From Pseudomonadota bacterium (GTDB taxonomy: Bacteria > Pseudomonadota > Alphaproteobacteria > Rhizobiales > Rhizobiaceae), in assembly GCA_039025395.1 (NCBI GenBank), contig JBCCOK010000011.1, positions 5,961 through 69,960 of the forward strand: 64,000 nt of DNA, read 5' to 3'. Shown here one piece after another: positions 26,559 to 37,900 of this stretch. The position numbers and the translations under genes were made by a program. Below the pieces are notes generated by a model. That model saw nothing but the letters and a program-made list of their open reading frames with translations. It did not search any database and was not told the origin of the DNA. The first letter of the stretch is position 1, and each line of letters opens with the position of its first letter.

Positions 26559-27825
26559 GGAGGTCGAGCCAGTTTTCGATACGGGCCTCGAGTGCCTCGA
26601 TCAGCGCATCGTCCTCGAGTTCTTCAACCAGTTCCGCCACAAAAGCCTTGACCAACAGGGCGCGTGCCTTGCGTTCGCCGATGCCTCTGGATTTCATATA
26701 GAACAGGTGTTCTTCTTCGATGTCGGTCACCGTCGCGCCATGGCCGCACTGCACGTCGTCTGCAAAAATTTCCAGTTCCGGTTTGGCTGAAAAGTCGCAG
26801 TGGTCAGACAACAGGAGCGTATTGCAGGCCATTTTCGCATCAGTCTTCTGCGCAATCTGCGCCACTCTGATCTGCCCCTGGAAAACTCCGTGTGCATGAT
26901 CGAATACAACGTTACGGAAAGTTTCGCTTGAAACACAATCAGGCTCAAGATGATCGAGCGTCATCGTCACATCGGTATGGCTGTCACCGCCAAGAAGATT
27001 GATCCCGCGCAACACTAGTTCCGAATGCTGGCCTTTTGCGACGATGTTCAGTTCCTGCCTTACAAGATTGCCGCCGGAATTCACGACGTATAAAGTCAGT
27101 TTCGCATTTGCGCCAAGCTGAATATTGATCTGGCCGAAATGCGTGTCGGCAATGCCCCGTTCCTGACTGATGATCCAAATCACGTCTGCATTATCACCAA
27201 CGCGCAGATCGGTGATTGAAGATACGAGACACCTTTCATCGCCCACCGAGACATGGCGCTCGACAAACGTCGCCTTGACGCCTTTGCCGATATCGACCGG
27301 GAAACGCGAGTGTGATTGGCCGCCGCCTTGTATTACCTGGACTTCAAGCGGTTTGGAAAGCTCTACGCCGCTGCCCACCGTCAGGCTATATCCGTCATTC
27401 ACCAGCGCACCATTCAGACGCCCGATCAGGTCATCGTGGTGCTGCAACACCATGCGCTGCCCGGCAACGCCATGTGTCAGCGAGTCACGATAAAATCCGA
27501 GTGTGACACCCTCCGGCACATTACCGTCCCGGGCCAACCCGTCGACCACCGCCAGCACATCGGAACCTTCAACGAGACGGCTCACGGCATCAACACCGGA
27601 ATTCCCTTCACCGTCTGGAACTTTCTTCAAAAGATTGCGCAAGTCAGTGTAATGCCACGCTTCAATCCGACGGGTCGGCAATCCGTCTTCCCTCAGATCG
27701 TGCATGAAGCCGTCACGGATGGCTGCAATGGCACCGTCGCCATGGAGGTTTCCCAAGCGTTCGACAAAGACGTCAACGAACGTCTGTTCAGCGGCAGTAA
27801 CCGGTCTGATACTTTGCATATTCAT
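26551..27825 (-). CDS. sufD: Fe-S cluster assembly protein SufD
   Basis: 424 aa. The C-terminal SufBD beta-helix region ends ...FADDVQCGHGATVTDIEEEHLFYMKSRGI. Located between sufC and sufS. Confidence 0.92.
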   Translation of the reverse strand: MNMQSIRPVTAAEQTFVDVFVERLGNLHGDGAIAAIRDGFMHDLREDGLPTRRIEAWHYTDLRNLLKKVPDGEGNSGVDAVSRLVEGSDVLAVVDGLARDGNVPEGVTLGFYRDSLTHGVAGQRMVLQHHDDLIGRLNGALVNDGYSLTVGSGVELSKPLEVQVIQGGGQSHSRFPVDIGKGVKATFVERHVSVGDERCLVSSITDLRVGDNADVIWIISQERGIADTHFGQINIQLGANAKLTLYVVNSGGNLVRQELNIVAKGQHSELVLRGINLLGGDSHTDVTMTLDHLEPDCVSSETFRNVVFDHAHGVFQGQIRVAQIAQKTDAKMACNTLLLSDHCDFSAKPELEIFADDVQCGHGATVTDIEEEHLFYMKSRGIGERKARALLVKAFVAELVEELEDDALIEALEARIENWLDLHG

Positions 27826-27852
27826 TAAAAAGCTCCTCCAGCCCAGCCGCTA

Positions 27853-28608
27853 TCAAGCTGCATCTTTTATGATGTTTGTGTAACCGTTGTTTTCCAGTTC
27901 CAGCGCAAGACTCTTGTCGCCTGAACGGATCACCTGCCCGCGATAAAGGACATGCACGCTGTCGGGAACAATGTGCTCTAACAGCCGCTGATAATGGGTG
28001 ATGACAACCATGGCCCTTTCAGGCGAACGCAACGCATTCACTCCATCGGAAACCACCTTCAATGCGTCGATATCGAGGCCGGAATCGGTTTCATCAAGAA
28101 CGCACAGTGTTGGTTGCAGCAGCGCCATTTGCAGGATCTCAGCCCGCTTCTTCTCGCCGCCCGAAAAACCAACATTGAGCGGACGCTTGAGCATCTCCAT
28201 GTCAATATGCAATTCGCCAGCCGCTTCGCGCACAAGGCGGATGAACTCAGGCGTCGTCAGTTCAGCCTCGTCCCGCGCCTTGCGTTGCTCATTCATGGCA
28301 ACTTTGAGGAACTGCATTGTCGCCACGCCGGGTATTTCCACCGGATACTGAAACGCGAGAAACAGACCCGCTGCGGCGCGCTCTGCAGTATCCATTTCGA
28401 GGATGCTCTCGCCATTGTAAAGAACATCGCCTTCCGTGACCTCGTAGTCTTCGCGGCCCGCAAGAACATATGACAGGGTCGATTTGCCCGATCCGTTCGG
28501 GCCCATGATCGCGGCGACTTCACCCTTTGCCACGGAAAGGTTCAGTCCACGGAGTATTTCCGTGCCATCCTCAGCGATACGGGCGTGAAGGTTTCTGATT
28601 TCAAGCAT
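27853..28608 (-). CDS. sufC: Fe-S cluster assembly ATPase SufC
   Basis: Walker A GPNGSGKST, ABC signature FSGGEKKR, Walker B LCVLDETDSGLD. Confidence 0.97.
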   Translation of the reverse strand: MLEIRNLHARIAEDGTEILRGLNLSVAKGEVAAIMGPNGSGKSTLSYVLAGREDYEVTEGDVLYNGESILEMDTAERAAAGLFLAFQYPVEIPGVATMQFLKVAMNEQRKARDEAELTTPEFIRLVREAAGELHIDMEMLKRPLNVGFSGGEKKRAEILQMALLQPTLCVLDETDSGLDIDALKVVSDGVNALRSPERAMVVITHYQRLLEHIVPDSVHVLYRGQVIRSGDKSLALELENNGYTNIIKDAA

Positions 28609-28670
28609 TGTCGTATTTCCGAATTCCTTTGTGCGTCTTCAAAAGCTGTAGCCGGACTTTGATATCCGCC

Positions 28671-30140
28671 TCAGCCGACGCTTCCCTCCAAGCTGATACC
28701 AATGAGTTTCTGCGCTTCGACAGCAAACTCCATCGGCAGTTCCTGGATCACTTCTTTCACGAAACCATTGACGATGAGTGCGATCGCTTCTTCCTCGGGA
28801 ATACCGCGCTGCATGCAATAAAACAGCTGATCCTCTGAGATTTTCGATGTGGTCGCCTCATGTTCAAACTGCGCGGTGGCATTTTTTGCCTCGATATACG
28901 GCACAGTATGGGCCCCGCAGTTGTTTCCGATCAAAAGTGAATCGCACTGGGTGAAGTTACGTGCATTCGCTGCCCGGCGGTGTGCCGAGACCTGGCCACG
29001 ATAGGTGTTGTTGGAGTACCCCGCGGAAATCCCCTTCGAGATGATCCGGCTCGAGGTATTCTTGCCGAGGTGTAGCATTTTCGTGCCGCTGTCGATCTGC
29101 TGGCGGCCATTCGAGACTGCGATTGAATAAAACTCTCCACGCGAGTTTTCGCCGCGCAAGATGCACGACGGATACTTCCAGGTAATTGCAGAACCTGTTT
29201 CAACCTGCGTCCATGAGATCTTCGAGTTTGCGCCCCGGCAATCGCCGCGCTTGGTGACAAAGTTGTAGATGCCGCCTTTGCCCTCGGCATCGCCCGGATA
29301 CCAGTTCTGGACTGTCGAGTACTTGATCTCGGCATCGTCGAGCGCGATCAATTCGACAACCGCGGCGTGGAGTTGATTCTCGTCGCGCTGCGGTGCTGTA
29401 CATCCTTCGAGATAGGATACATAGGCTCCGTCTTCGCAGACAATGAGTGTCCGCTCGAACTGTCCGGTGTTTTTCTCGTTGATCCGGAAGTAGGTAGAAA
29501 GCTCCATCGGACAACGCACGCCCTTGGGCACGTAGACAAACGAGCCGTCGGTAAAGACCGCCGAGTTAAGAGCAGCATAGAAATTATCGCTGACCGGAAC
29601 CACGGACCCGAGATACTTGCGGACCAACTCGGGGTACTCCCGAATTGCCTCGGAGATCGACATGAAGATGACGCCGGCTTTTGAAAGCTCTTCTTTGAAA
29701 GTCGTGATCACCGAAACCGAATCGAAGACAGCGTCGACCGCCACCTTTGACTGTTGAACGCCCGCAAGAATTTCCTGCTCCCGCAAGGGAATTCCCAGCT
29801 TCTCGTAAGTCGCAAGCAGTTCCGGGTCGACGTCGTCAATCGTCTTGGGGCCGGTCTGGTTCTTCGGTGCCGCGTAGTAATAAATGTCGTTGAAGTCGAT
29901 CCTGGGGTATTCGACGCGCGCCCAACTCGGCTCTTCCATAGTGAGCCACCGCTGGTAGGCATCAAGCCTCCAATCGAGCATCCATTCCGGTTCATCTTTC
30001 TTGGCAGAGATGAAGCGGATGATGTCTTCATTAAGACCCTTTGGGGCCTTTTCCGTTTCTATGTGAGTTTCGAAACCGTATTTATACTGGTCTACATCGA
30101 TCTGGCGGACCTGATCGATCGTTTCCTGCACAGCAGGCAT
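28671..30140 (-). CDS. sufB: Fe-S cluster assembly protein SufB
   Basis: 489 aa. Highly conserved SufB blocks ([48 protein letters not shown]). Confidence 0.97.
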   Translation of the reverse strand: MPAVQETIDQVRQIDVDQYKYGFETHIETEKAPKGLNEDIIRFISAKKDEPEWMLDWRLDAYQRWLTMEEPSWARVEYPRIDFNDIYYYAAPKNQTGPKTIDDVDPELLATYEKLGIPLREQEILAGVQQSKVAVDAVFDSVSVITTFKEELSKAGVIFMSISEAIREYPELVRKYLGSVVPVSDNFYAALNSAVFTDGSFVYVPKGVRCPMELSTYFRINEKNTGQFERTLIVCEDGAYVSYLEGCTAPQRDENQLHAAVVELIALDDAEIKYSTVQNWYPGDAEGKGGIYNFVTKRGDCRGANSKISWTQVETGSAITWKYPSCILRGENSRGEFYSIAVSNGRQQIDSGTKMLHLGKNTSSRIISKGISAGYSNNTYRGQVSAHRRAANARNFTQCDSLLIGNNCGAHTVPYIEAKNATAQFEHEATTSKISEDQLFYCMQRGIPEEEAIALIVNGFVKEVIQELPMEFAVEAQKLIGISLEGSVG

Positions 30141-30284
30141 TGGCGCTCTCCAATCTTGCCGGGTTCAAGGTCCGGCAGTTGTCAACGTCATATGTATCCG
30201 TACCCGGCCAATTGAGCCGGTCATTCCCGATGTAGTGCGGTGAAAATGACTTTTCCATCGCACGGACACAGTTGTAGTCCGAAA

Positions 30285-30301
30285 TTTAAAACTTTTCTAG
30301 A
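30285..30301. promoter_or_regulatory. Candidate Irr-type ICE box upstream of sufB
   Basis: TTTAAAA-CTT-TTCTAGA matches TTTAGAA-N3-TTCTAAA, the ICE consensus as I recall it, at 12/14 positions. It lies ~150 nt upstream of the sufB ATG and overlaps the stop of the nifS-like gene. Confidence 0.3.
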
Positions 30302-31475
30302 CTGGCGCCGTATTTTCTTGCTTTTTTTTCTCACGTTTTTCGTTGATCGGTTCGAAAACACCAAGAAAACGCGTTATGTCTGAATGGTTTGTGCCGGCCC
30401 CGATGCTCACACGGATGCCACCCGGCTCAGGATTAACGCCCATGGCTTCAAGAACATGACTGGGTCCCACTTTACCCGATGAGCATGCAGAGCCGGCCGA
30501 AACTGAGACCCCTTCCAAGTCAAAGGCGATCTGCGCGGTCTCCGCTTTCAATCCGGGAAGCGCAAAAAATGTCGTGTTGACGAGCCGCGCTACATCCTGC
30601 CCGTAAATGACGGAATCGGGCGCTATTGTCTGGATGCCTACTTCGAGCCTATCGCGCATTTGCCCCATCTTCGCTGCTCGCGCTTCAAGGCCGTTAACCG
30701 CCTCGGCCGCGGCCACGCCGAAACCGGCGATCGCAGCAGGATTCTCGGTTCCTGATCTATGGCCCCTTTCCTGTCCGCCTCCGGGGATCAGCGGCGTCGG
30801 CATCAGCACTTCGCCGGCGCAAACCAATGCTCCGGCACCCTTCGGACCGCCGATCTTGTGAGACGAAAGAATGATAAAGTCGGCACCCGATTCTCGAATA
30901 TCGACGCGCATGCGCCCGACAGCCTGAACCGCATCGACAACCATCAGTCCGCCATGCGCTTTGACGATTTCGCCAGCCGCCTCCAGAGGCTGCAAGACCC
31001 CGGTTTCGTTGTTGGCCAATTGAAGTGCGAGCATTGGCCTGCCTTCTTCAGCGGGATGTGCGCGCAATAACATGTCGAGTGCGTCGAGGCTGATGATGCC
31101 GTTTGCATCAACGCCGACGACTGAAATGTCTTCCGCCGAAAAGCGCCCCCCGCAAAGGATGCAAGGATGTTCGACCGCACTGACATAAAGATGCCCTATC
31201 CGCAGGTCTGACCTGCCCATCTTGAAATGCGGCGTCAGCACCATCGCCGCAGCTTCTGTTGCACCGCTGGTGAAAATGACGGCAGACGGATCGGCGCCGC
31301 AAAGCTCGCCGACTTGACGCCGCGCCCGATCGATGGCCGACCGGGCATATCTGCCATCCATGTGAACCGAAGACGGATTTCCAACGAGCCGCAACGCTGA
31401 TTCCATCGCCTCCCGGGCGCCTGACAGCAATGGAGCTGTCGCATTGTAATCAAGATAAACCCGGGACTTGTTCAT
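30297..31475 (-). CDS. Cysteine desulfurase family protein (NifS/IscS-like, class V aminotransferase)
   Basis: ORF trimmed to the ATG at 31475 (GGAGCAAAGGC upstream). MNKSRVYLDYNATAPL..., SSHKIGGPKGAGAL (PLP Lys), SAGSACSSG (active-site Cys). First gene of the suf cluster. Confidence 0.9.
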   Translation of the reverse strand: MNKSRVYLDYNATAPLLSGAREAMESALRLVGNPSSVHMDGRYARSAIDRARRQVGELCGADPSAVIFTSGATEAAAMVLTPHFKMGRSDLRIGHLYVSAVEHPCILCGGRFSAEDISVVGVDANGIISLDALDMLLRAHPAEEGRPMLALQLANNETGVLQPLEAAGEIVKAHGGLMVVDAVQAVGRMRVDIRESGADFIILSSHKIGGPKGAGALVCAGEVLMPTPLIPGGGQERGHRSGTENPAAIAGFGVAAAEAVNGLEARAAKMGQMRDRLEVGIQTIAPDSVIYGQDVARLVNTTFFALPGLKAETAQIAFDLEGVSVSAGSACSSGKVGPSHVLEAMGVNPEPGGIRVSIGAGTNHSDITRFLGVFEPINEKREKKKQENTAPV

Positions 31476-31523
31476 GCCTTTGCTCCACTCGTCAAAGCGG
31501 TTATGCCTCATTTTTCTTGATAT

Positions 31524-31535
31524 TTGAGATCTCAA
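31524..31535. promoter_or_regulatory. Perfect 12-bp palindrome in the suf promoter region (candidate operator)
   Basis: TTGAGATCTCAA, 49-60 nt upstream of the nifS-like start, in the divergent intergenic region shared with the alpha/beta hydrolase gene. Confidence 0.3.
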
Positions 31536-31678
31536 TGCCCTATGAAACGTCTTTATATCCAGAAGGATGACCAAAAACCAATTCTACAGCATTCACATTC
31601 GAGTTGGCGGAACGGCATCGGTCGCGCGGTCGCGACGGCCACCGTTTCTCCGCCGCCCGTATATGAGCCGGAGACGCA

Positions 31679-32356
31679 ATGCCTGAAGTCATTTTCAATG
31701 GGCCGGCCGGCCGCCTGGAAGGCCGTTATCAGCCTGCAAAGGACAAAAACGCACCGATCGCCATCGTCCTGCATCCGCATCCTCAGTTCGGCGGAACGAT
31801 GAACAACCAGATCGTCTATCAGCTCTTTTACATGTTCCAGCAACGCGGCTTCACCGCCTTGCGCTTCAACTTTCGATCGATCGGCCGCAGCCAGGGTGTT
31901 TTCGACCACGGAACGGGCGAGCTCTCCGATGCCGCTGCCGCTTTGGACTGGATTCAAAGCCTTCATCCCGACAGCAAGAGTTGCTGGGTGGCCGGCTACT
32001 CATTCGGTTCTTGGATTGGCATGCAATTGCTCATGCGCCGCCCTGAGATCGAAGGCTTCATGTCGATTGCGCCACAACCGAATATCTATGATTTCGCGTT
32101 TCTTGCCCCCTGCCCTTCGTCCGGGCTGATCATCCATGGCGACAGCGACCGTGTCGCTCCTGAAAAAGATGTCCAAGGGCTGGTTGAAAAACTCAAGACG
32201 CAAAAAGGGATCATGATCACGCAAAAAATCATGCCCGGCGCAAATCATTTCTTCAACGGTCAGGTGGATGAACTGATCGCGGAATGCTCGGACTATCTCG
32301 ACCGGCGCCTTAATGGAGAATTGGTGCCTGAGCCCGCCCCCAAACGCATCCGGTAG
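31679..32356 (+). CDS. Alpha/beta-fold hydrolase family protein
   Basis: 225 aa. Contains IAIVLHPHPQFGGTM and the nucleophile elbow GYSFGSWIG, plus later IIHGDSD and NHFF motifs. Confidence 0.8.
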   Translation: MPEVIFNGPAGRLEGRYQPAKDKNAPIAIVLHPHPQFGGTMNNQIVYQLFYMFQQRGFTALRFNFRSIGRSQGVFDHGTGELSDAAAALDWIQSLHPDSKSCWVAGYSFGSWIGMQLLMRRPEIEGFMSIAPQPNIYDFAFLAPCPSSGLIIHGDSDRVAPEKDVQGLVEKLKTQKGIMITQKIMPGANHFFNGQVDELIAECSDYLDRRLNGELVPEPAPKRIR

Positions 32357-32415
32357 GATGACAATGTCGAAGCCTGGCAATGGGTACTGCGGGTTTCACG
32401 TGAGCCGCCGCTTTC

Positions 32416-33555
32416 CTATTGCTGCGGATCCACCACTACGCCTCCGCATGTCGGCTTGCTGCATCCCGTGGTTTCCGGCCAACTGATCGGAAGCGTCTTC
32501 CTGCAGCGGATCGCCAGATAGGCCCATGCCTCGGCTTCAACAGCGTCACCGTCGAGACCGATCTCTTCAGCAGACATGAGGTGCCCGCCGCGCGCTGTGA
32601 CAAGTTCATCAAGGTCAGCCATGATGGCTTGGTTGTTTCGGCCGCCGCCGCAGATGATCCAGTTTTGCGGGAATGACGGCAGGGTGTTCGACGACAAGTC
32701 AATCGCCTCTGCGGTCAGCCGTGCGAGGCTTCGTGCGCCATCCTCCAGGGTTGCGCTGTCAGTCTTCGGCAGGACAAAATCGTTGCGGTCGAGCGACCGG
32801 TGCATTGTGTCAGCAAAGAATGGTGCGCTCAGGAAATCATCGACCATGGTTCGCACGACACGACCTTCGCTGGCGATAGCACCGCCCTGATCGTACGGAA
32901 TGCCTGCTTTCGCCTCGACCCACTGATCAATAAGCGTGTTTCCCGGACCGCTGTCAAAAGCATGAATCGTTCCGTCTGCGGCAACATAGGTGATATTCGA
33001 GATGCCGCCGATATTGACGAAAGCAAATGAACCTTCACGGTCGAGCGATTGCGCCAGAGCCGCATGATAGGCGGGCGCCAAAGGCGCACCTTCGCCACCC
33101 GCCTCCATATCTGCCGCCCGCATGTCATAGACCACCGGCCTGCCGGTTTTTTCAGCCAGCAATGCGCCGTCGCCAAGCTGTACCGTAAGACTTTGCTTCG
33201 GCCGGTGCAGCACCGTCTGACCGTGAAAGCCGATCAGGTCAACGGATGCCAGATCTATTCCATGGTGTTCGGCGAAGACAGCGACGGCGTTAACATGTTT
33301 GTCGGTCAGTTCCCGCTCGACCTCGGCAAGGTCGCCGGGACGATCGTCGCGCGATTTGATTTCGGTCGCGGCTTCCAGTGCAGCGGCAAGCCGGCGTCGA
33401 AATCCAGGGCTATACCCGATACTGAGAAACGGACCGCGATCCACTTTCGTCAATCCGTCGCTACTGATCAGCGCAACATCGATACCGTCCATTGATGTCC
33501 CGCTCATCAATCCGAGCGCATTCAACATCGCGGAACCGTCAGCTTTTGTCACCAT
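32416..33555 (-). CDS. anmK: Anhydro-N-acetylmuramic acid kinase
   Basis: ALGLMSGTSMDGIDVALI..., NIGGISNITYV, FDSGPGNTLID. ORF trimmed to the ATG at 33555, which has GAGGA 5 nt upstream. Confidence 0.9.
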   Translation of the reverse strand: MVTKADGSAMLNALGLMSGTSMDGIDVALISSDGLTKVDRGPFLSIGYSPGFRRRLAAALEAATEIKSRDDRPGDLAEVERELTDKHVNAVAVFAEHHGIDLASVDLIGFHGQTVLHRPKQSLTVQLGDGALLAEKTGRPVVYDMRAADMEAGGEGAPLAPAYHAALAQSLDREGSFAFVNIGGISNITYVAADGTIHAFDSGPGNTLIDQWVEAKAGIPYDQGGAIASEGRVVRTMVDDFLSAPFFADTMHRSLDRNDFVLPKTDSATLEDGARSLARLTAEAIDLSSNTLPSFPQNWIICGGGRNNQAIMADLDELVTARGGHLMSAEEIGLDGDAVEAEAWAYLAIRCRKTLPISWPETTGCSKPTCGGVVVDPQQ

Positions 33556-33678
33556 TGCAATCCTCAATAGGTCCCATTCCAACAAATGGCGTGAAATCTC
33601 GCGCAAAGGATGATAAACGCCCGCCGAAACAGTACCGAAGGCTTATCCGTTATCAGCGCGTTCAGCGAAAGAACAGCT

Positions 33679-34932
33679 ATGCCCAGCTTCAAATCCGATT
33701 TTCTCCACACGCTCCACGAACGCGGGTTCATACATCAGACATCCGATGACACCGGCCTTGACGCTCTTTTGAAAAAGGAAACCATTACCGCCTATATCGG
33801 CTTCGATCCGACTGCCTCCAGCCTGCATGCGGGATCGCTCATCCAGATCATGATGCTTCATTGGTTCCAGCAGACCGGACATCGGCCGATCACGCTCATG
33901 GGCGGCGGCACGGGCATGATCGGCGATCCGAGCTTCAAGGATGAAGCGCGTCAATTGATGACGCCGGATAAGATTGAGGAGAACCTTGGTGGCATCCGCC
34001 GAAATTTCTCTAGCTATCTGCAATTCGGCGATGGCCCGACCGATGCGATGATGATCAACAATGCTGATTGGCTGATGGGCATCAACTATGTCGAGTTTCT
34101 GCGCGACGTGGGCCGACACTTCTCGGTGAACCGAATGCTGAGTTTCGACAGCGTGAAGCTGCGCCTTGACCGCGAGCAATCGCTGTCATTTCTTGAGTTC
34201 AACTACATGATCTTGCAGGCCTATGACTATGTGGAGTTGAACCGGCGCTACGACTGCCGTCTTCAGATGGGGGGATCGGACCAGTGGGGCAATATCATTA
34301 ACGGCATCGATCTCGGAAACCGCCTGGGCACCCCACAGCTATACGCTGTGACCTCGCCGCTGTTGACGACATCTTCGGGCGCCAAGATGGGCAAGTCGGC
34401 TTCCGGCGCGATTTGGTTGAATTCAGACTTGCTCAGCGTTTATGATTTTTGGCAATATTGGCGCAACACGGAAGACGCGGACACCACCCGCTTCCTGAAG
34501 CTCTACACGACGCTGCCGATCGAGGAAATCGAGCGCCTCGATGTCCTTGGCGGCTCTGAAGTCAACGAAGTCAAGAAAGTCCTGGCAACGGAGATAACCG
34601 CATTGCTCCACGGGCGCACCGCAGCAGAAGACGCAGCGGAAACGGCACGCAAAACGTTCGAGGAAGGCAGGCTTGCACAAAACCTTCCGTCTCTTGAGGT
34701 TCCTGCGTCTGAACTCGATGAAGGCATTGGGTTGCTCAGCCTTTTCGTAAAGGCCGGTCTGGCTGGGTCAAACGGAGAAGCGCGAAGGCACGTCAAAGGC
34801 GGCGCGGTAAAAATCAACGATACATTGGTTACCGACGAGAAACGCGTTGTGGGCGATGCGGACATGACCGACGACGGGGTCATAAAACTTTCTCTCGGGA
34901 AAAAGAAGCACATGCTCGTCCGTCCCGTCTGA
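33679..34932 (+). CDS. tyrS: Tyrosine--tRNA ligase
   Basis: ORF trimmed to the ATG at 33679 ([20 protein letters not shown]). HIGH-type [18 protein letters not shown]-type KMGKS, and a C-terminal S4 domain. Confidence 0.95.
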   Translation: MPSFKSDFLHTLHERGFIHQTSDDTGLDALLKKETITAYIGFDPTASSLHAGSLIQIMMLHWFQQTGHRPITLMGGGTGMIGDPSFKDEARQLMTPDKIEENLGGIRRNFSSYLQFGDGPTDAMMINNADWLMGINYVEFLRDVGRHFSVNRMLSFDSVKLRLDREQSLSFLEFNYMILQAYDYVELNRRYDCRLQMGGSDQWGNIINGIDLGNRLGTPQLYAVTSPLLTTSSGAKMGKSASGAIWLNSDLLSVYDFWQYWRNTEDADTTRFLKLYTTLPIEEIERLDVLGGSEVNEVKKVLATEITALLHGRTAAEDAAETARKTFEEGRLAQNLPSLEVPASELDEGIGLLSLFVKAGLAGSNGEARRHVKGGAVKINDTLVTDEKRVVGDADMTDDGVIKLSLGKKKHMLVRPV

Positions 34933-34944
34933 GCGCGGCATAAG

Positions 34945-37900
34945 CTATCGTGATTGCGCTGGCGTGACGCGATTGCGCGGAGCGGTCGATGGGAGCGGCG
35001 CGTCATTCCGGAACTGGAAAATGGATCTGAAAATGCCCGGAGCGATCAACGAAATTGGATTGATTTCGAGCCTTGGATCCTCAAGATCTCCTGTCAAACG
35101 GAATGTTATGCCGATTAGACCACGATCCCTGCCGTTGCCCAAAATCGCGCCGATGATCGGTATTTCACCGAATATACGATTCAGTCCATAGGCAGGCATG
35201 AACGTACCGGTGATGTTCATACCGCTGTTTTCGTCGAACACGGTTCCCTGGTATGCCAAGCCGATGTCTGTACCACGCGCAATGCCGTCACTGACGCGCA
35301 AATATCCCTGCCCTTTGTCGATACGCACATAGGCCTGCTCGAAGCCGGCGCGGCTCACATCGATGTCGCGGCGCACCGCCTGATTGAGGCTCTCACCGCC
35401 ATTGGGGCTTGCCGAAACAAGCCGTCTCAGGTTGTCGTCGTTGACAACGTTAAAGTCGTTGATTTCGACGGTGCCGATATAAGGTCCATCGCCCGCCTTT
35501 ACGAGCTGAATATCGAGATTTCCGCCCTCGATTTTAGGATAGAGATCCGTCAGCCGCGCCACATCACCCGCATCGTTGCTGACGGCCGAAAGAACAAGTC
35601 CCGAACCCCCATAGGTGCCAACCGCTTTCAACGTGCCACCGCCGGATAAAGTCCCTGTCATTTCGAGCCCAAGTATCGTCTCGCCTTGGCCCGCATAGTC
35701 AATCCGCAAATCACTCACGGTCTCGCCGTTGAAACCGAACGCCTCGTCGGCACGCACCTTCAATTCAATCTTTGACGCCTCGTTGGAGCCGGACGACACG
35801 TCCGATTCGCCCATCAGATGTTTGATCGTGGAACGCATATCCAACGCGCGGCCCGCCACATTGACCACATAGGTCTGCCCGTTCTTTTCCAGATCAATGG
35901 CGAAGCTGTCGTTTCGCGCGAGAGAAACACGTTGAAAGGTCGCTTGAGTGACTTCGCCATAAACAAAGTCGACATTTCCTTGGGCCGAAAATCCTTCGCC
36001 GGTAAGACTGAAACCAGCGACACTAAAAACCGACGGCATTCCGAGACCGGCATCGTCGTCGGCAACCGTCTCTGCATCGGCGCTCGCAACCTGGTTTGCC
36101 GCCTCGGAGGGAATGATCTCAAAGGTCGCGTTTGATTTTATACCTTTGCCCTTTGACCACCCGATCCATGGAAGGACGAGTCTGGCCTCTGTCAGGTCCG
36201 CGTCGATCTCTTGACGGCCATCCCGCCCCAGCCTTGTCGTCAGATAGACAGTGCCTTCGATGTATTCGTTCAGCTGAGGCGCGAACTTTTGACGGTCATC
36301 TTCGGTCAGGCGCAACCTCAGCACACGCTCCGCGCTATCCGCGTTGCCACGGTCCATAGGTTCGGTGAAGTTCAGCCTTGCCTGCATACCGTTGATACCG
36401 GCGTCCGCTTCGATTTTGATCGTATCGGGATCGACACGCATCGTTCCGGTGGCGTCGGTGATCTTGGCCCCATCGATCCTCGGGCCCATCGTAACCCCGT
36501 CGAGTTGCACATCGGCCAGCCACTGCGGTGCTGGCGGGTTCTGGCTTTCGATGAGGCCGAAGGTGACCGCGAGCCGTGTTGATACCGTCCCCTCGAAATC
36601 ACTGGCTTCCCAAGGGGTCTGTTCGAGTGCGTTGATTGGCTGGTAGGAAATCAGTTCCGCCACTGCAGAGGCATCTCCCGAGACACTGATATCGAGATCC
36701 GCCATGAGGGGAATAGCATCGGTCTGGTCGATCACGAAAAACCCGTCCGACACTGCAACGTTTCTCCCGGTGGGAAAGTAGGATGTTCCACCGTCTATTT
36801 TCAATTCAAGGTTATTGCCGCGGAGCGCAAGCAAGCCGTGGCTGTCACGCACTGGTGGAATGTCACCGGCCACGTCAAAGCGCGCATCGCTGATATCAAA
36901 ATCAATCTGTAGTTGGTTGCCGTCGAGCTTCAGAGCCCCAGGTGAGGCCGCCATCCGGCCACTTGGGATGAGGATGCTTATTCTTCCATCGGTAACTGTG
37001 CCGCCGAAGACATTTCCGTGCACCCAACGCCGCGCTCCTTTGGCAATCCAGTAAGGCCAAAGTTGCTTAACCGTCGCCGTGTCCATCTTGTCGATTGTGG
37101 CAACAAACCCGACTTCAGGACTGGTATCTGAGAATTGCCAACTGGCCGAAGAATACATTGTCCCCGAACGACCGGAGACGATAAACTCATCGACGTCAAG
37201 CCGCCGCTCGGAACGCACGTAGCGTGCGAAGGCTTTCATCGCGACCTGGACCGGTGGTTCCGAACTGTCGGTTGGCGCAACGATCGCCTCGTCGACAATG
37301 AGGTCAACCGCTACGCCTTGCTGGACTTGCGCATCGGGATGCGTGTCGGCCGGCAGGTTGTTCAAATCAATGATGCCGCCACGAAAAGTATAGGCGGAGT
37401 CTCCGATCATGAGACGGGAGCGCAGAAATTCGACGGACTTTTTTTGAGGGTCGAATGCGAGATTGATGGTGCTCGGCTCTATTTGAGCGGCAACGCCGTC
37501 CATAAACAATTCACCGGGTGAAATCCGGATCTGAGCCGCCAGTTCAGTGCTCTGGGTGTCGTCACTCGCGACGGCATTGATATCGATATCCACACCGCTT
37601 TCCATGCGGAATTTCCGCCTGGGGTTTTGACTCAGTGCCCAGATCATCTTGCCGGAGTGCAGGCCCGTAATCTGTGCGGTCAGCCTAGTCCTGCCCGCTA
37701 GACTTTCGTCACGAACGGCTTCGGCACTCAAGCGGATATCTTGGCCAGCATAGGAAATATTCGCAGCGACCGTCAGACCGTCTTCGTTTCTTTCCGCAAT
37801 TTCCGCAGACTGCACATTCATCGCCAGAGGGGTTCTGCCGGGCGCATCGGATGAACCGAAGCCTGTTATTGTGGTGTCGGTCACGAAAATCCATTGCGTA

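Noticed and set aside
31553-31966. 137-aa minus-strand ORF overlapping the alpha/beta hydrolase start and the suf promoter region
   Set aside because: It is antisense to a well-formed hydrolase gene and runs through the divergent promoter region, with no supporting signals.
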